From assembly GCA_902635045.1 (NCBI GenBank), contig CACPMT010000001.1:30993-94992 (forward strand): 64,000 nt of DNA. The letters run 5' to 3'. Below the pieces are notes generated by a model. That model made no database searches and had not been told where the DNA came from. It worked only from the letters and a program-made list of their open reading frames with translations. Shown here one piece after another: positions 9,704-20,579 of the stretch. The stretch is from an uncultured SAR86 cluster bacterium. GTDB lineage: Bacteria > Pseudomonadota > Gammaproteobacteria > Magnimaribacterales > AG-339-G14. The number at the start of each line of letters is the position of its first letter. Position 1 is the stretch's first letter. The translations under genes and the position numbers were made by a program.

Positions 9704-10107
9704 GAGATTAGAGGCAAGTTTTCATTTCGCCAGGAATTTATTCCGCCTTTCATTATAAACACTCTAATATTTTCCTTTTTTAAATCTGCAGCCATTCTTG
9801 CGGAATAATTTCCATTTTGACAAACAATTATGATGGGTTTATCTGATATTTTACTAATCTCTTTTTTACACAAATCAATATCAGGTCCTATATGTTTTGC
9901 TTGGCTAATTTTTCCTTCAGAATATTCTTTGTTGTTTCTAATATCAATTAACAGAGCATCCTTTCTGTTTAGGTACAAGATAACTTGTTGCGGGTCTAAT
10001 ATGGTGGCTTTTCGAATATTCTCAATTCTTAAAAATACCGATATAGATACAATTAAAGGTATCACTATAAACCAGTTATCTATTAAAAATTGAACAAAAT
10101 AAGGCAT
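9700..10107 (-). CDS. membrane-anchored rhodanese-domain protein
   Basis: N-terminal TM segment plus rhodanese fold with active-site loop VCQNGNYSAR. Confidence 0.7.
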   Translation of the reverse strand: MPYFVQFLIDNWFIVIPLIVSISVFLRIENIRKATILDPQQVILYLNRKDALLIDIRNNKEYSEGKISQAKHIGPDIDLCKKEISKISDKPIIIVCQNGNYSARMAADLKKENIRVFIMKGGINSWRNENLPLIS

Positions 10108-10144
10108 AGGACGGGTATCATAAACTGAAATAAAACTTATAACT

Positions 10145-10771
10145 ATGAATAAAGAAAAAAATCTTTCTTATCTTGTTTTAATAAGACATGGTCAAAGTGA
10201 ATGGAATGAAAAAAACTTATTTACCGGATGGAAAAATCCTCCATTAACAGAGAAAGGTATTAAAGAGGCAGAACTCGCTGGAGAAAAAATAAAAAATTTA
10301 AATATTGATTTCAGTCATTATTTTACATCCGCATTAGTCAGAGCACAGGAAACCGGTGAAATTATTTTAAGTAAGTTAGAAGCAGAAAATATTATAAAAA
10401 CTAAAAGTCAAAATTTGAATGAACGAGATTATGGAGATTTATCAGGGTTAGATAAAGACGAAGCCAGAAAAGAATGGGGCAAAGATCAAGTTCATATTTG
10501 GAGAAGATCATTTGATATACCTCCGCCAGGAGGAGAAAGCCTAAAGGATACAGCTGCAAGAGTTTTGCCATATTTTGAAGAAAAAATAAAACCTCTAGTG
10601 GAGCAAGGCAATAACATTTTAATTTGTGCACATGGAAATTCTCTTAGATCTCTTATCATGTCTTTAGAAGAAATATCTCCTGATGAAATAGTTAAAGTTG
10701 AAATAGGAACGGGAGAACCTATTTTGTACAGCTATTCAACTAATAGCTCATTTCAAAAGATAGATTTATAG
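10145..10771 (+). CDS. gpmA: 2,3-bisphosphoglycerate-dependent phosphoglycerate mutase (short form)
   Basis: LIRHGQSEWNEKNLFTGW and CAHGNSLRS catalytic His motifs. Confidence 0.85.
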   Translation: MNKEKNLSYLVLIRHGQSEWNEKNLFTGWKNPPLTEKGIKEAELAGEKIKNLNIDFSHYFTSALVRAQETGEIILSKLEAENIIKTKSQNLNERDYGDLSGLDKDEARKEWGKDQVHIWRRSFDIPPPGGESLKDTAARVLPYFEEKIKPLVEQGNNILICAHGNSLRSLIMSLEEISPDEIVKVEIGTGEPILYSYSTNSSFQKIDL

Positions 10772-11524
10772 TCTTACTTCCAACCCTTCTCTTTTTAAAG
10801 CTTCTTTAACTTTTCTGATTGAAATTTCTTTGTAATGAAAAATGCTGGCAGCTAAGACTGCATCTGCTTTTCCTATTTTTACCGCATCCACTAAGTGATT
10901 TAATTCTCCAGCACCTCCTGAGGCAATTAAGGGTATATTAAGTTTTTCTGCTAAAAATCCATTTAAGTTGTTGTCAAATCCTGATTTAGTTCCGTCCTTG
11001 TCCATCGATGTCATCAAAATTTCACCAGCTCCTAATTGCTCCACTTTTTTAGACCAAGATAGTGCATCCAAGTCTGTTTTATTTTTACCGCCATGAGTAT
11101 AAACACTCCAATTATTTCCGTTAAATTTTGCATCAATTGCCACAACAATACATTGTGAACCAAACTCTTTAGAGGCTTCTTCTATAAGATTGGGGTTTAA
11201 GATTGCTGAAGTATTAATAGAAACTTTATCTGCTCCGGACCTAAGTAATACTTCAACATCTTGAACAGATTTAATTCCGCCTCCAACAGTAAAAGGAATG
11301 AAAACTTGATTTGCTATTTTTTCTACAGTCTCTAATGTCGTTGATCTAGCTTCGTATGATGCATCTATATCAAGCATACAAATTTCATCTGCGCCTTCTA
11401 TGTCGTACCTTTTCGCAGCTTCCGCAGGATCTCCTGCATCAACTATATCTTCAAAATTTATTCCTTTAACTACCCTGCCGTTTCTGACATCTAAACAAGG
11501 AATTATTCTGATAGTAACGCTCAT
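10766..11524 (-). CDS. hisF: imidazole glycerol phosphate synthase, cyclase subunit
   Basis: RIIPCLDVRNGRVVKG N-terminus. Last gene of the hisBHAF order. Confidence 0.92.
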   Translation of the reverse strand: MSVTIRIIPCLDVRNGRVVKGINFEDIVDAGDPAEAAKRYDIEGADEICMLDIDASYEARSTTLETVEKIANQVFIPFTVGGGIKSVQDVEVLLRSGADKVSINTSAILNPNLIEEASKEFGSQCIVVAIDAKFNGNNWSVYTHGGKNKTDLDALSWSKKVEQLGAGEILMTSMDKDGTKSGFDNNLNGFLAEKLNIPLIASGGAGELNHLVDAVKIGKADAVLAASIFHYKEISIRKVKEALKREGLEVRL

Positions 11525-12246
11525 TTTTCCTTAAAAAAATTAATCGCCTCTCTTAGATCCAAAGTACCTTCGTATAATGCCCTTCCACAAATTGCACCAT
11601 ATATTTTTTTTGTTTCCCCAAGTTTAATTAGATCATCAAGATTCCTTACACCGCCAGAGGCAATTATTGGAATATTTGAAAAATCTGCTAATTCTTTAGT
11701 TTCTTCCAAATTTGGCCCGTTTAACATTCCATCTTTACTTATGTCTGTATAAATAATTGAGTTTATTGGCAAAGAGGAATATTCCTCTATCAAGTCTTTA
11801 GCTCTTATTTCAGAAGACTCAGTCCAAGCCTCTGTGGAAATAAAACCTTGTTTTACGTCTAAACCTAAAATAATTCGATTTGGATAACTGGCACAGGCTT
11901 CTTTAAAAAAATCTTTGTTTTTAATTGCAGCGCTTCCAAGTATAAGAAAATCAATTTTATTGTTTATATAACCTTCAATTGTTTCAAAACTTCTTATGCC
12001 ACCTCCAAGTTGTATTTCTATGTCCGGAAAAGAGTTTCTAATTTCTGAAATTACTGAAAAATTTATAGAAGAGCCTTCTAAAGCTCCGTCAAGATCAACA
12101 ATGTGTAATCTTTTTGTTCCCTTTTCTATCCAAAATTCTGCTGCTTCCAATGGATTTTCATAATAAATCTTTGCGCTATCTAAGTTGCCCATTTTTAACC
12201 TAACACATTTTCCACTTTGTATATCTATTGCAGGAATAGGTAACAT
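11521..12246 (-). CDS. hisA: ProFAR isomerase
   Basis: MLPIPAIDIQSGKCVRL N-terminus, SGGVRNLDD. Located between hisH and hisF. Confidence 0.9.
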   Translation of the reverse strand: MLPIPAIDIQSGKCVRLKMGNLDSAKIYYENPLEAAEFWIEKGTKRLHIVDLDGALEGSSINFSVISEIRNSFPDIEIQLGGGIRSFETIEGYINNKIDFLILGSAAIKNKDFFKEACASYPNRIILGLDVKQGFISTEAWTESSEIRAKDLIEEYSSLPINSIIYTDISKDGMLNGPNLEETKELADFSNIPIIASGGVRNLDDLIKLGETKKIYGAICGRALYEGTLDLREAINFFKEK

Positions 12247-12247
12247 A

Positions 12248-12865
12248 TTAAATTTTCCAATCTATAAAATTTTTTAAAATCTTTAATCCAGACTTTCCGC
12301 TTTTTTCAGGATGAAACTGCGTAGCAAAGATATTATCTTTTCCAACTGCAGAATTAAAAATTTCTCCATGAAATGTTTTCGAATAAATCACATTTTGATT
12401 AGCTTCCTTTGACGCAAAAGAGTGGACAAAATAAAAGTCTTCATTTGTTTTTATACCTTCTAGTAAAAAATGGTTTTGGCTAATTTCAACTTGATTCCAT
12501 CCCATGTGAGGTATTTTTATAGATTTATCTTCAAATTCGCTAAATTTCTTAATTTTTTCGGAAAAAATATTTAATCCTTTTTCTCCTTTGCTTTCTTCAC
12601 TTTCAGAAAATAAAATCTGTAGTCCTAAGCAAATTCCCAAAAAAGGATAGTTATTTAAGGCATCTATTAAAGAATCCTTTAAATTATTTTCTGACAATTT
12701 CTTTAAACATGCGCCCATGGAACCTTGCCCAGGAAATACTAACTTATCAGTATTTTTAAAATCTTCAGGTTTTTTTACTATTATTGTAGAAGCGCCCAGA
12801 CTATTTAATGCCCTTACAACTGAAAAGATATTGCTTGCACCATAATCAATGACGCCTAATTTCAT
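12248..12865 (-). CDS. hisH: imidazole glycerol phosphate synthase, glutaminase subunit
   Basis: Class I amidotransferase: GICLGLQ nucleophile Cys and FHPEKSG. Confidence 0.9.
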   Translation of the reverse strand: MKLGVIDYGASNIFSVVRALNSLGASTIIVKKPEDFKNTDKLVFPGQGSMGACLKKLSENNLKDSLIDALNNYPFLGICLGLQILFSESEESKGEKGLNIFSEKIKKFSEFEDKSIKIPHMGWNQVEISQNHFLLEGIKTNEDFYFVHSFASKEANQNVIYSKTFHGEIFNSAVGKDNIFATQFHPEKSGKSGLKILKNFIDWKI

Positions 12866-12877
12866 TTTTAATTCCGA

Positions 12878-13465
12878 CTATAAACTCCCCTTAGTTGAGG
12901 GAATTTGATCTAATTTTTGTTCGTCAATTGAGCAAGACTGTTTTAAGGCTAAAGCGAATGCCTTAAATATTGTTTCAGCTTGATGATGAGCATTTTCACC
13001 TTTTAAGTTATCAATATGAATTGTTGCCAAAGACTTATTGGTAAAACCTTGAAAAAATTCTCTTAACAATTGCAAATCAAAGTCATTTATCGTTTGTTTA
13101 GTAAAATTGACATCCCACAAAAGACCAGGGCGCCCTGAAAAATCTATCACCACTCTTGATAAGGCTTCATCAAGAGGTGCATATGCATGGCCATACCTGG
13201 TTATTCCTTTTTTATCGCCAAGAGCTTGATTAAAAGCCTCTCCCATAGTAATTCCTATATCCTCTACCGTATGGTGAGCATCAACTTCTAAATCGCCAGT
13301 TGCTTTTAGATCAATATCGAAACACCCATGCTTTGCAAGTTGATCTAACATGTGAGCAAAAAAAGGAAGCTCTACATCTTGAGAGCTTTTTCCTGAACCA
13401 TCTAATTCAAGACTAATACTAATTTGTGTTTCTTTGGTATTTCTTTCTATATTAGCGTTTCTCAT
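12878..13465 (-). CDS. hisB: imidazoleglycerol-phosphate dehydratase (monofunctional)
   Basis: [13 protein letters not shown] and [11 protein letters not shown] motifs. I place the start at ATG 13465 (GAGGAAAAG SD) rather than the ORF-track 13516, which would overlap mutY. Confidence 0.88.
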   Translation of the reverse strand: MRNANIERNTKETQISISLELDGSGKSSQDVELPFFAHMLDQLAKHGCFDIDLKATGDLEVDAHHTVEDIGITMGEAFNQALGDKKGITRYGHAYAPLDEALSRVVIDFSGRPGLLWDVNFTKQTINDFDLQLLREFFQGFTNKSLATIHIDNLKGENAHHQAETIFKAFALALKQSCSIDEQKLDQIPSTKGSL

Positions 13466-13508
13466 CTTTTCCTCAAAGATTCTATTATAACGGACGTAAA
13501 AGGTTAAA

Positions 13509-14531
13509 ATGCACAAGATGTCCTACTTCTCAAAAAAAATTATTTCCTGGCAAAAAATTAATGGCAGAAACAATTTGCCATGGCAAGCAAAAAGTCCATA
13601 CCACGTTTGGATTTCTGAAATTATGCTTCAACAAACTCAAGTAAAAACAGTGATTCCTTATTTTCATAAATTTATAAAATCTTTTCCTTCAATAAAATCG
13701 TTAGCAAAAAGTGATTTAGACAAAGTTTTGGCAAATTGGTCTGGTCTTGGTTACTACACTAGAGCAAAAAATATTCATCGAGCATCAAAAATTATTCATC
13801 AAAAATTTAACGGCATAATTCCAAATGATTACGAACAATTGATTGAACTTCCAGGAATTGGTGAATCAACTGCTGGAGCACTTTTAAGTCTTGCATTTGA
13901 CGAACCAGGAATAATTTTAGATGGAAATGTCAAAAGAGTCTTGCTTAGGTTTTTAGGAGATAAGTCTCCAATTAATCATTCTAGGACTCAAAAGGAACTA
14001 AAAAAGTTCGCAGAAGACTTATTACCGAAAAATAATTTTCGGACTTATTCTCAAGGAATTATGGATTTAGGTTCAATGATATGTACCCCAATTAATCCGT
14101 CGTGTGAAAATTGTCCTATTCAAAATCAATGCAGAACTTCTCAATTGAATCTGCAAAATATAATTCCTGTTAGAGTTTCAAAAAATCAGAAAAAAGAAAA
14201 AAATATAAATTGGCTCCTCATTGCTTCAAGAGATAAAGTTTTATTAAAAAGAAATGCAAAAAAAGGTATTTGGCAAAACTTATGGCTTTTTCCAGAAGCA
14301 AATAGTTTAAATTACGATAAGTTTAACTTGCTTGAAGAAAAAGGATCTCTTCCATTAATCATTCACAATTTATCTCATCGGAAACTTTCTATTTCTACAA
14401 AAAAATACTTTTTAAAAAATAAAGACAGGCTTCCAATTGATAGAAGAAGATTCGTTTGGGTAAATAAAAAGGAATCAGTTAAGATGGGAATACCTAAACC
14501 AGTGAAAACAATTTTAGAAAATCATTTATGA
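13509..14531 (+). CDS. mutY: A/G-specific adenine DNA glycosylase
   Basis: HhH ([11 protein letters not shown]) and Fe-S loop C-x6-C-x2-C-x5-C ([17 protein letters not shown]). Followed by yggX. Confidence 0.9.
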   Translation: MHKMSYFSKKIISWQKINGRNNLPWQAKSPYHVWISEIMLQQTQVKTVIPYFHKFIKSFPSIKSLAKSDLDKVLANWSGLGYYTRAKNIHRASKIIHQKFNGIIPNDYEQLIELPGIGESTAGALLSLAFDEPGIILDGNVKRVLLRFLGDKSPINHSRTQKELKKFAEDLLPKNNFRTYSQGIMDLGSMICTPINPSCENCPIQNQCRTSQLNLQNIIPVRVSKNQKKEKNINWLLIASRDKVLLKRNAKKGIWQNLWLFPEANSLNYDKFNLLEEKGSLPLIIHNLSHRKLSISTKKYFLKNKDRLPIDRRRFVWVNKKESVKMGIPKPVKTILENHL

Positions 14532-14797
14532 GTAATACGGTTTTTTGTAGAAAATTTAAAAAAGAATTACCTAAAATGGATAGGCCGCCTTACCCAGGTC
14601 CTAATGGGGAGGAAATATTCAATACTGTTTCTAAGCAAGCTTGGCAAGAATGGCTTGCACTTCAAACAATGTTAATAAACGAAAAACAGCTTAGCTTAGC
14701 TGACAGCTCATCAAGAAAATACTTAAACGAACAATTAGAAAAATTTTTATCTAATGATACGACGGATCAACCTGAAGGCTTTTCTCCTAAGATTTAA
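14528..14797 (+). CDS. yggX: Fe(2+)-trafficking / oxidative-damage protection protein YggX
   Basis: TVFCRKF...YPG...EIFNTVSKQAWQEWLALQTMLINEKQL matches the E. coli YggX pattern. mutY-yggX synteny. Confidence 0.88.
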   Translation: MSNTVFCRKFKKELPKMDRPPYPGPNGEEIFNTVSKQAWQEWLALQTMLINEKQLSLADSSSRKYLNEQLEKFLSNDTTDQPEGFSPKI

Positions 14798-14814
14798 AGT
14801 AAAGAGTTATTTAA

Positions 14815-17247
14815 ATGATTGATATAAATAAAATTGTCGATGAATTAACTTTAGAAGAAAAAATTAGTTTATTAAGTGGTTTTAACAGCTGGTACACCAA
14901 TAAAATTGAAAGATTAAATATTCCCAGCATTAAAATGTCTGACGGACCCAATGGCGTTAGAGGCGATGGTAACTCCGGGAAGTCATCGGCTTGTTTTCCT
15001 TGCCCAATTCTTATGGGCTCTACATGGAATGAAGATCTATTTTCTAAAATTGGAGAAGCTTTGGGAGACGAAGCTAAGGACAAAGACGTTGATGTTTTAC
15101 TGGGTCCAACAATTAATCTTCATAGGCACCCTCTTGGTGGAAGGCATTTCGAAAATTATTCTGAAGATCCTTTTTTAGTTGGCAAATTAGCTACAGCTTA
15201 TGTGAAAGGTGTTCAGTCTAAAAATGTTTCGGCGTGTTTAAAACACTTTATTGCCAATGATACTGAATTCGAAAGGCATACAGTAAGTTCAAATGTTGAT
15301 GAAAGAACATTAAGAGAAGTTTATTTGCTGCCTTTCGAAATGGGAGTTATAAATGGAAAATCTAAATCAGTAATGTCTGCATACAATAAGTTAAATAATA
15401 TTTATTGCAGTTCTCATAAAGAACTTTTAGTTGATATTTTAAAAAATGAATGGGGATTTGATGGATATGTAGTAAGTGATTGGGGAGCTGCATTAGAAAC
15501 TATCGAAAACGCCAACGGCGGATTAGATCTTGAGATGCCTGGACCAGGAAATACTTGGGGAGAAAAATTGTTAATCGCGATATCAGAAGGATTGGTTAAA
15601 GAAGAAATTATTAATGACAAAGTAAAAAGAATATTGAAAGTTGGAGAATTTTCAGGAAGGTTTAATTCGCCAGAAAATAAACCTGAGAAGAGCAATATAA
15701 GGCAATCTCATAATCAGCTTCTTAGAAACGTTGCTTGTGAAGGCATGGTTTTATTAAAAAATGAAAATGTTCTTCCGTTTGATGAGAATAAGATAAATAA
15801 ATTAGCAGTAATCGGTCCAAATGCAAAAAACAGTCAAATCATTGGCGGTGGAAGTGCTAGTTTAAAACCTCACTATCAAATACATCCCTACGATGCTCTT
15901 AAAGAAAGATTTTCTGATACTTTTTCTATTTCACATGCAGAAGGAGCTAAAACAAATAAATTTTTACCTAAGTTGGATGAAAAACTCTTTTTAAATTCTG
16001 AAGATGGATTTTTAGTTGAGTATTTTGATAAAGAAATTAGAGACGATAAACTAATTGATTCAGAAGTTTTAAAAGGAAACAAATTTTGGATATTTGAGGG
16101 ATTTGCAAAAGATATCATTAATAGAAATGATCGCCCCTCTGTAATCGTTAGGTTTTCTTGTAATTATTCACCTGATGTTTCTGGAAATCATGAGTTCGAA
16201 GTTTTTGGAATTGGCCTAAGTAAAATAAAAATTGATGGAAATGTCTTAATAGACAATTGGAATGAAACTTCTCCTGGAGAAGCTTTCTTTTCTTTAGCAA
16301 CTGCCACAAAGAGGAACTCAATTAATCTTGAAAAAGGGAAAAGTTATAAATTTGAAGTTGAATATTTTTTTGAAGGAAGATTTCCCGCAATCCATTTTGG
16401 TTGTATGCCTCCTGAGAAAACAAACCTTTTAAATGAAGCTGTTGAAGTTGCTAAAAATGCTGACGCTGTTATTTTAATTGTTGGCACTAATTCTGACTGG
16501 GAAACAGAAGGAAATGATAGGGCTGACCTCAGCCTCCCAGCAAATCAAAATACACTGATAGAAAGTATTTTAAAGGCAAATCAGAACACTGTTATTGTGC
16601 TGAATTCTGGCTCTCCTGTTTCAATGCCTTGGATAGATAAAAGCAGAGCCATTATACAGTCATGGTTTGGCGGTCAAGAATATGGAAACTCATTAGCTGA
16701 CATAATCTTTGGAAAAGTGAATCCGTCTGGAAAACTTCCAACAACTTTTCCCAAAAAAATTGAAGATACTCCGGCTTTTGGTTGCTATCCAGGAGAGAAC
16801 TCTCAAATGGATTATGAAGAAAAGCTTTTAGTTGGTCATAGATGGTATGAAAAGAAAAATATTAAACCCCTCTTCCCTTTTGGATTTGGATTGTCCTATA
16901 CAGATTTTTCCTTTTCAAATCTGGAGATCATTAAAAATGATAATTACAACATTGAATGTAAATTTGAAATAAAAAATGCTGGAATGATGGATGGTAGCGA
17001 AGTTGCGCAATGTTATGTTTCATTTTCTAACTTAACAAAAGATGAGCCATTAAAAACACTTCAATCATTCAAAAAAGTTTTCATAAAAAAAGGGAATACA
17101 ATGGAATTAAAGCTAGCTTTAAATAAAAGAAGCTTTTCTTATTGGGATATTCAAGAAAAAAATTGGATTGTAAGACCAGGAGCATACACCATTAGTATAG
17201 GTTCTTCTTCTGAGCAAATAAGACTAAAGAAAGATATTTTGTTATGA
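14815..17247 (+). CDS. GH3 beta-glucosidase with inserted PA14-like domain, no signal peptide
   Basis: 810 aa. GH3 motifs KHFIANDTE and VVSDWGA (nucleophile Asp). PA14-like insert around residues 420-540. Cytoplasmic-type N-terminus. Confidence 0.85.
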   Translation: MIDINKIVDELTLEEKISLLSGFNSWYTNKIERLNIPSIKMSDGPNGVRGDGNSGKSSACFPCPILMGSTWNEDLFSKIGEALGDEAKDKDVDVLLGPTINLHRHPLGGRHFENYSEDPFLVGKLATAYVKGVQSKNVSACLKHFIANDTEFERHTVSSNVDERTLREVYLLPFEMGVINGKSKSVMSAYNKLNNIYCSSHKELLVDILKNEWGFDGYVVSDWGAALETIENANGGLDLEMPGPGNTWGEKLLIAISEGLVKEEIINDKVKRILKVGEFSGRFNSPENKPEKSNIRQSHNQLLRNVACEGMVLLKNENVLPFDENKINKLAVIGPNAKNSQIIGGGSASLKPHYQIHPYDALKERFSDTFSISHAEGAKTNKFLPKLDEKLFLNSEDGFLVEYFDKEIRDDKLIDSEVLKGNKFWIFEGFAKDIINRNDRPSVIVRFSCNYSPDVSGNHEFEVFGIGLSKIKIDGNVLIDNWNETSPGEAFFSLATATKRNSINLEKGKSYKFEVEYFFEGRFPAIHFGCMPPEKTNLLNEAVEVAKNADAVILIVGTNSDWETEGNDRADLSLPANQNTLIESILKANQNTVIVLNSGSPVSMPWIDKSRAIIQSWFGGQEYGNSLADIIFGKVNPSGKLPTTFPKKIEDTPAFGCYPGENSQMDYEEKLLVGHRWYEKKNIKPLFPFGFGLSYTDFSFSNLEIIKNDNYNIECKFEIKNAGMMDGSEVAQCYVSFSNLTKDEPLKTLQSFKKVFIKKGNTMELKLALNKRSFSYWDIQEKNWIVRPGAYTISIGSSSEQIRLKKDILL

Positions 17248-19227
17248 AGTTAGCCAGTTCATTTGTTCATTATCAAGAGTGATCAAAGACGCTTTCATGC
17301 AACTTTCCGACTCATAAACAGATCTTGGCCCAACCAAAGGGAAAATATTAGGATTCTTGTTTATTACATATGCAAGCGCTAATTCTATTGGCAAGCATCC
17401 TAACTTTTCAGAAAGTTGAAAACATCTTTCCCTTCTTGAGAGATTTATTGCATCGTGCCAGACTCTTTTCTCTTCTTCATAAGATGGATTCGCAACATGC
17501 GCTGCCTTTGGATATAAATCTTTCTCTAAGAAAAAACCCCTCGCCTGACTAGACCATGGAAAGAGATATATTTCATTATCAAACAAATATTCAAGATATT
17601 GTTCATTACAATTTACACATCCTGGCCAAACTGGACTATTCATATTGGCTAAACTGAAATTATTACTTAAAACTTTGAAGCCAATTTTTTTATATTTCTT
17701 TGCATAATTGTTGGCATTATCAAATCTTTCTAAAGTCCAATTTGATGCTCCAAGAATTGATATGAGACCTGCTGAATGAATTTCATTCAATGCATCAATA
17801 AATTCCTCAACAGGTATATCTAAATTATCTCTATGCAAACAATATATGTCTAATGATTCAAGCTTCAGTCTGTCTAATGACTCTTCTAATTGTTGTTTAA
17901 TAAATTGAGGTTCGCAATGAGGTGTGTGAGCCCCCTTTCCTAATACTATTACTTCTTTTGAAAGCCCATTTGAATTGATCCACTCTCCTAAATATTTATC
18001 AGATTTGCCATCATTATAAATGTATGCAGTGTCAAAAATGTTTCCGCCATTGTTATAAAAATGATCAAACATTGTTGACGCATGTAATTGAGAAGTCTGA
18101 TTGTCACATCCAAATACTAGTCTCGAGCCTTTCTTTGGAATCTCCTCAATCTTAGATTTTTCTAATTTCACAACTGGCTTATAACGAGATGAGAATATTG
18201 GAGAATTTTCGACAATATTTTGAGGATATTTAACCCCACTTTCTAAATACCACTTTTCTAGCCAAAGCATATTTCCTAAACTATCTTTATGAGACATCAA
18301 GGAAGATTCAGAATCGCCTAGCAAAATACACTTAGACGCTTCATTAATTTCCCTTGTAAAAAGTCCTACTTCGTCTTTGTTAGAAATAATTGTTTTTTTA
18401 CCTTCGAGATTTAACTCAATTGAGTACTTGCCTTCTTGAAATTGTCCGCAGTGCCATGGTTCAAAAACTTCAATTTCTACTTTATCCGATTTGATGATTA
18501 GGTTATTTTGCAATTCTTCATTTATCGAGGTTTCGATGTAAGCTGAAATATTGTGACTAAATATCAAATTAGCGCTGGATTTATTATCTACTCCAGTTGT
18601 GTCTAAAATTCCTTTTACCTCAATACTTTTTGGATCTAAATATTTCTCATCATTAAGAGTTCCAGCTATTAGTCTAGCCATAGATAAGGGGTAACAGCCA
18701 ACATCTAGTATTGCTCCTCCAGCTAAATTAAGATTTCTTAATCTGTGACTTTTGTCTACTGGAGCATCAAAACCGAAAGAACTTAAAATTTTTACATTTG
18801 CATTCTTTAAATATTTTTTACAAAGCTCTAGGATTTCAAATGTTTGAGGATGAGTTCTATACATAAAAGCTTCCATCAAGAAAACGTCATTTTTTTTTGC
18901 TTCATTAATTAAAATCATTGCTTCTGTTGAGTTCACTGATAAAGGTTTTTCGCACAAAACATGTAACTTTCTATTAATCGCCTCCATTGAGTAATGGAAA
19001 TGAGAATCGTGTGGGGTGGCTACATAAACTGCTTCTATGCCAGAATCAAGAAATGATTCTAAATCCAAATATGGCTGACAATTATGTTTTTCAGCAAAAG
19101 AATTAACTTTTTCTTCGTTTCTACCAAGTACACAAGAAAGCATTGCATTTTCTGAATATTTAATCGAATGCGCAAAAGCATTAGCAATACTTCCTGCAGC
19201 AATTATTCCCCATTTAACTTCTTTCAT
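17242..19227 (-). CDS. fusion protein: N-terminal Gfo/Idh/MocA oxidoreductase + C-terminal aldo/keto reductase
   Basis: Residues 1-~330: WGIIAAGSIANAF Rossmann and EKPL motif. Residues ~350-661: AKR pattern FDTAYIYNDGKSDKYLG ... LDIYCLHRD ... LGASNW. Confidence 0.8.
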   Translation of the reverse strand: MKEVKWGIIAAGSIANAFAHSIKYSENAMLSCVLGRNEEKVNSFAEKHNCQPYLDLESFLDSGIEAVYVATPHDSHFHYSMEAINRKLHVLCEKPLSVNSTEAMILINEAKKNDVFLMEAFMYRTHPQTFEILELCKKYLKNANVKILSSFGFDAPVDKSHRLRNLNLAGGAILDVGCYPLSMARLIAGTLNDEKYLDPKSIEVKGILDTTGVDNKSSANLIFSHNISAYIETSINEELQNNLIIKSDKVEIEVFEPWHCGQFQEGKYSIELNLEGKKTIISNKDEVGLFTREINEASKCILLGDSESSLMSHKDSLGNMLWLEKWYLESGVKYPQNIVENSPIFSSRYKPVVKLEKSKIEEIPKKGSRLVFGCDNQTSQLHASTMFDHFYNNGGNIFDTAYIYNDGKSDKYLGEWINSNGLSKEVIVLGKGAHTPHCEPQFIKQQLEESLDRLKLESLDIYCLHRDNLDIPVEEFIDALNEIHSAGLISILGASNWTLERFDNANNYAKKYKKIGFKVLSNNFSLANMNSPVWPGCVNCNEQYLEYLFDNEIYLFPWSSQARGFFLEKDLYPKAAHVANPSYEEEKRVWHDAINLSRRERCFQLSEKLGCLPIELALAYVINKNPNIFPLVGPRSVYESESCMKASLITLDNEQMNWLTS

Positions 19228-20554
19228 TAATTTCTCTAATCAATTTTTTATGAAATTTAGAATCTATAGGATAGAAATATACCAAAATAAAACTTAAAAC
19301 TACTCCTGCCAAGGGAATAAAAGTCATTAGGCTTTTTAAACTTTCTAAAGTTTCTTCTGATTGGACCGTGTTTGGAATAAATCCTATATTCGTTAAAAGC
19401 ATCCCTAAAATAAGTGCTGAAATAGCTATTCCACCTTTTTGTGCAAAAGTCATAAAGCCATATAGAGATGACTCTGTTCTAACGCCTGTTTTCCATTCTC
19501 CGTATTCGATTGTATCGGGCAACATAGACCAAAATAATACTCCGGTAGCGCCATTGCCAATTCCTAAAGCTATCAAAACTATTAAAAGTTCTATTAAATT
19601 TTTAATTGGATATAAATAAAAAAATAAAAAACTAAATACTAAGAGACTCATTGAAATCAACCAGGAATTTCTTTTTCCTATTTTCAGTGCGAAGTAAGCC
19701 CAGATAGGTATAGCAAGAAAGGCGGAAGCACTGCTCACTCCTAAGATCAGACCTTGGAATTTATGCAAACCTAAAGCATATTTAGTGTAATAAATTAAAT
19801 TTTTATTAAACATAATTGAGGTTGTAATCAAAGTAAGCGTAGAAGCAAATACAATCAAAAAAGCATAATTATTAACTATAGACTTGCTTACCTCGGAAAA
19901 GCTGGGTAATTTTGAAAACTCTATATCAAAATTTCTTTCTTTAACTGTTTTTACTGTGATCGCTAAAATTAAAATTGCCGCAAGCCCCGAACAAATGCCT
20001 AAATAAACAAATCCTAAAGATTCTTCTCCACTTCCAAACCAATTGATAATTGGAAATCCCAGCGCAGAAATACTTAAAGTGCCAAAAGAAGCTCCTAACA
20101 TTCTGGCTGTGGTTAGTTTTGTTCTTTCTTCGCTGTCGTCAGAGATCCTTGCTGTCAAGGAACTATAAGGAACACTTACAATAGTAAAACAAGTCCTATG
20201 AAAAATATTCACTATGATGAGAAAAACAAAAAGTAGGCTTCCTTCAAAGGGAGGTACCCAAAAAAGCAAAATAAAAGATAAAGCCAAAGGGATAGATCCA
20301 AAGAATATGTATGGTCGATAACTTCCCATTTTGGTCCTAGTCCTTTCTGCAATGTAGCCCATGTATGGGTCTGTTATTGCATCCCAGCCTATTCCTAAGG
20401 CATAAATCCAACCAGCCAATAAAGGGGAAATACCTACTACATCTGTGTAAAAATATAATAAGTAAAGTCCTACGCCGCTCCAATAGAGACAAATCGCATA
20501 ATCACCTATTCCATAACCAATTCTTACCTTGTTACTTACTAAATTAGTAATAAT
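19214..20554 (-). CDS. glycoside-pentoside-hexuronide (GPH/MelB-type) cation symporter; probable ATT start
   Basis: ORF track starts at TTG 20419. The same frame stays open upstream and encodes conserved GPH TM1 (KVRIGYGIGDYAICLYWSGVGLYLLYFYTDVVGISPLLAGW). The only start candidates before TM1 are ATT 20554/20551, just downstream of a GGGGG SD-like run. Confidence 0.7.
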   Translation of the reverse strand: MITNLVSNKVRIGYGIGDYAICLYWSGVGLYLLYFYTDVVGISPLLAGWIYALGIGWDAITDPYMGYIAERTRTKMGSYRPYIFFGSIPLALSFILLFWVPPFEGSLLFVFLIIVNIFHRTCFTIVSVPYSSLTARISDDSEERTKLTTARMLGASFGTLSISALGFPIINWFGSGEESLGFVYLGICSGLAAILILAITVKTVKERNFDIEFSKLPSFSEVSKSIVNNYAFLIVFASTLTLITTSIMFNKNLIYYTKYALGLHKFQGLILGVSSASAFLAIPIWAYFALKIGKRNSWLISMSLLVFSFLFFYLYPIKNLIELLIVLIALGIGNGATGVLFWSMLPDTIEYGEWKTGVRTESSLYGFMTFAQKGGIAISALILGMLLTNIGFIPNTVQSEETLESLKSLMTFIPLAGVVLSFILVYFYPIDSKFHKKLIREINERS

Positions 20555-20579
20555 TTTCCCCCTGTTTAGAAAAGTTAAT

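Noticed and set aside
14811-16118. Four short ORFs (14811-15083, 14951-15178, 15414-15695, 15888-16118) overlapping the GH3 gene
   Set aside because: All are antisense or off-frame to an 810-aa ORF with clear GH3 motifs.
20365-20547. 60-aa plus-strand ORF
   Set aside because: It is antisense to the conserved N-terminal TM1 region of the GPH symporter, and the minus-strand frame gives recognisable family sequence.
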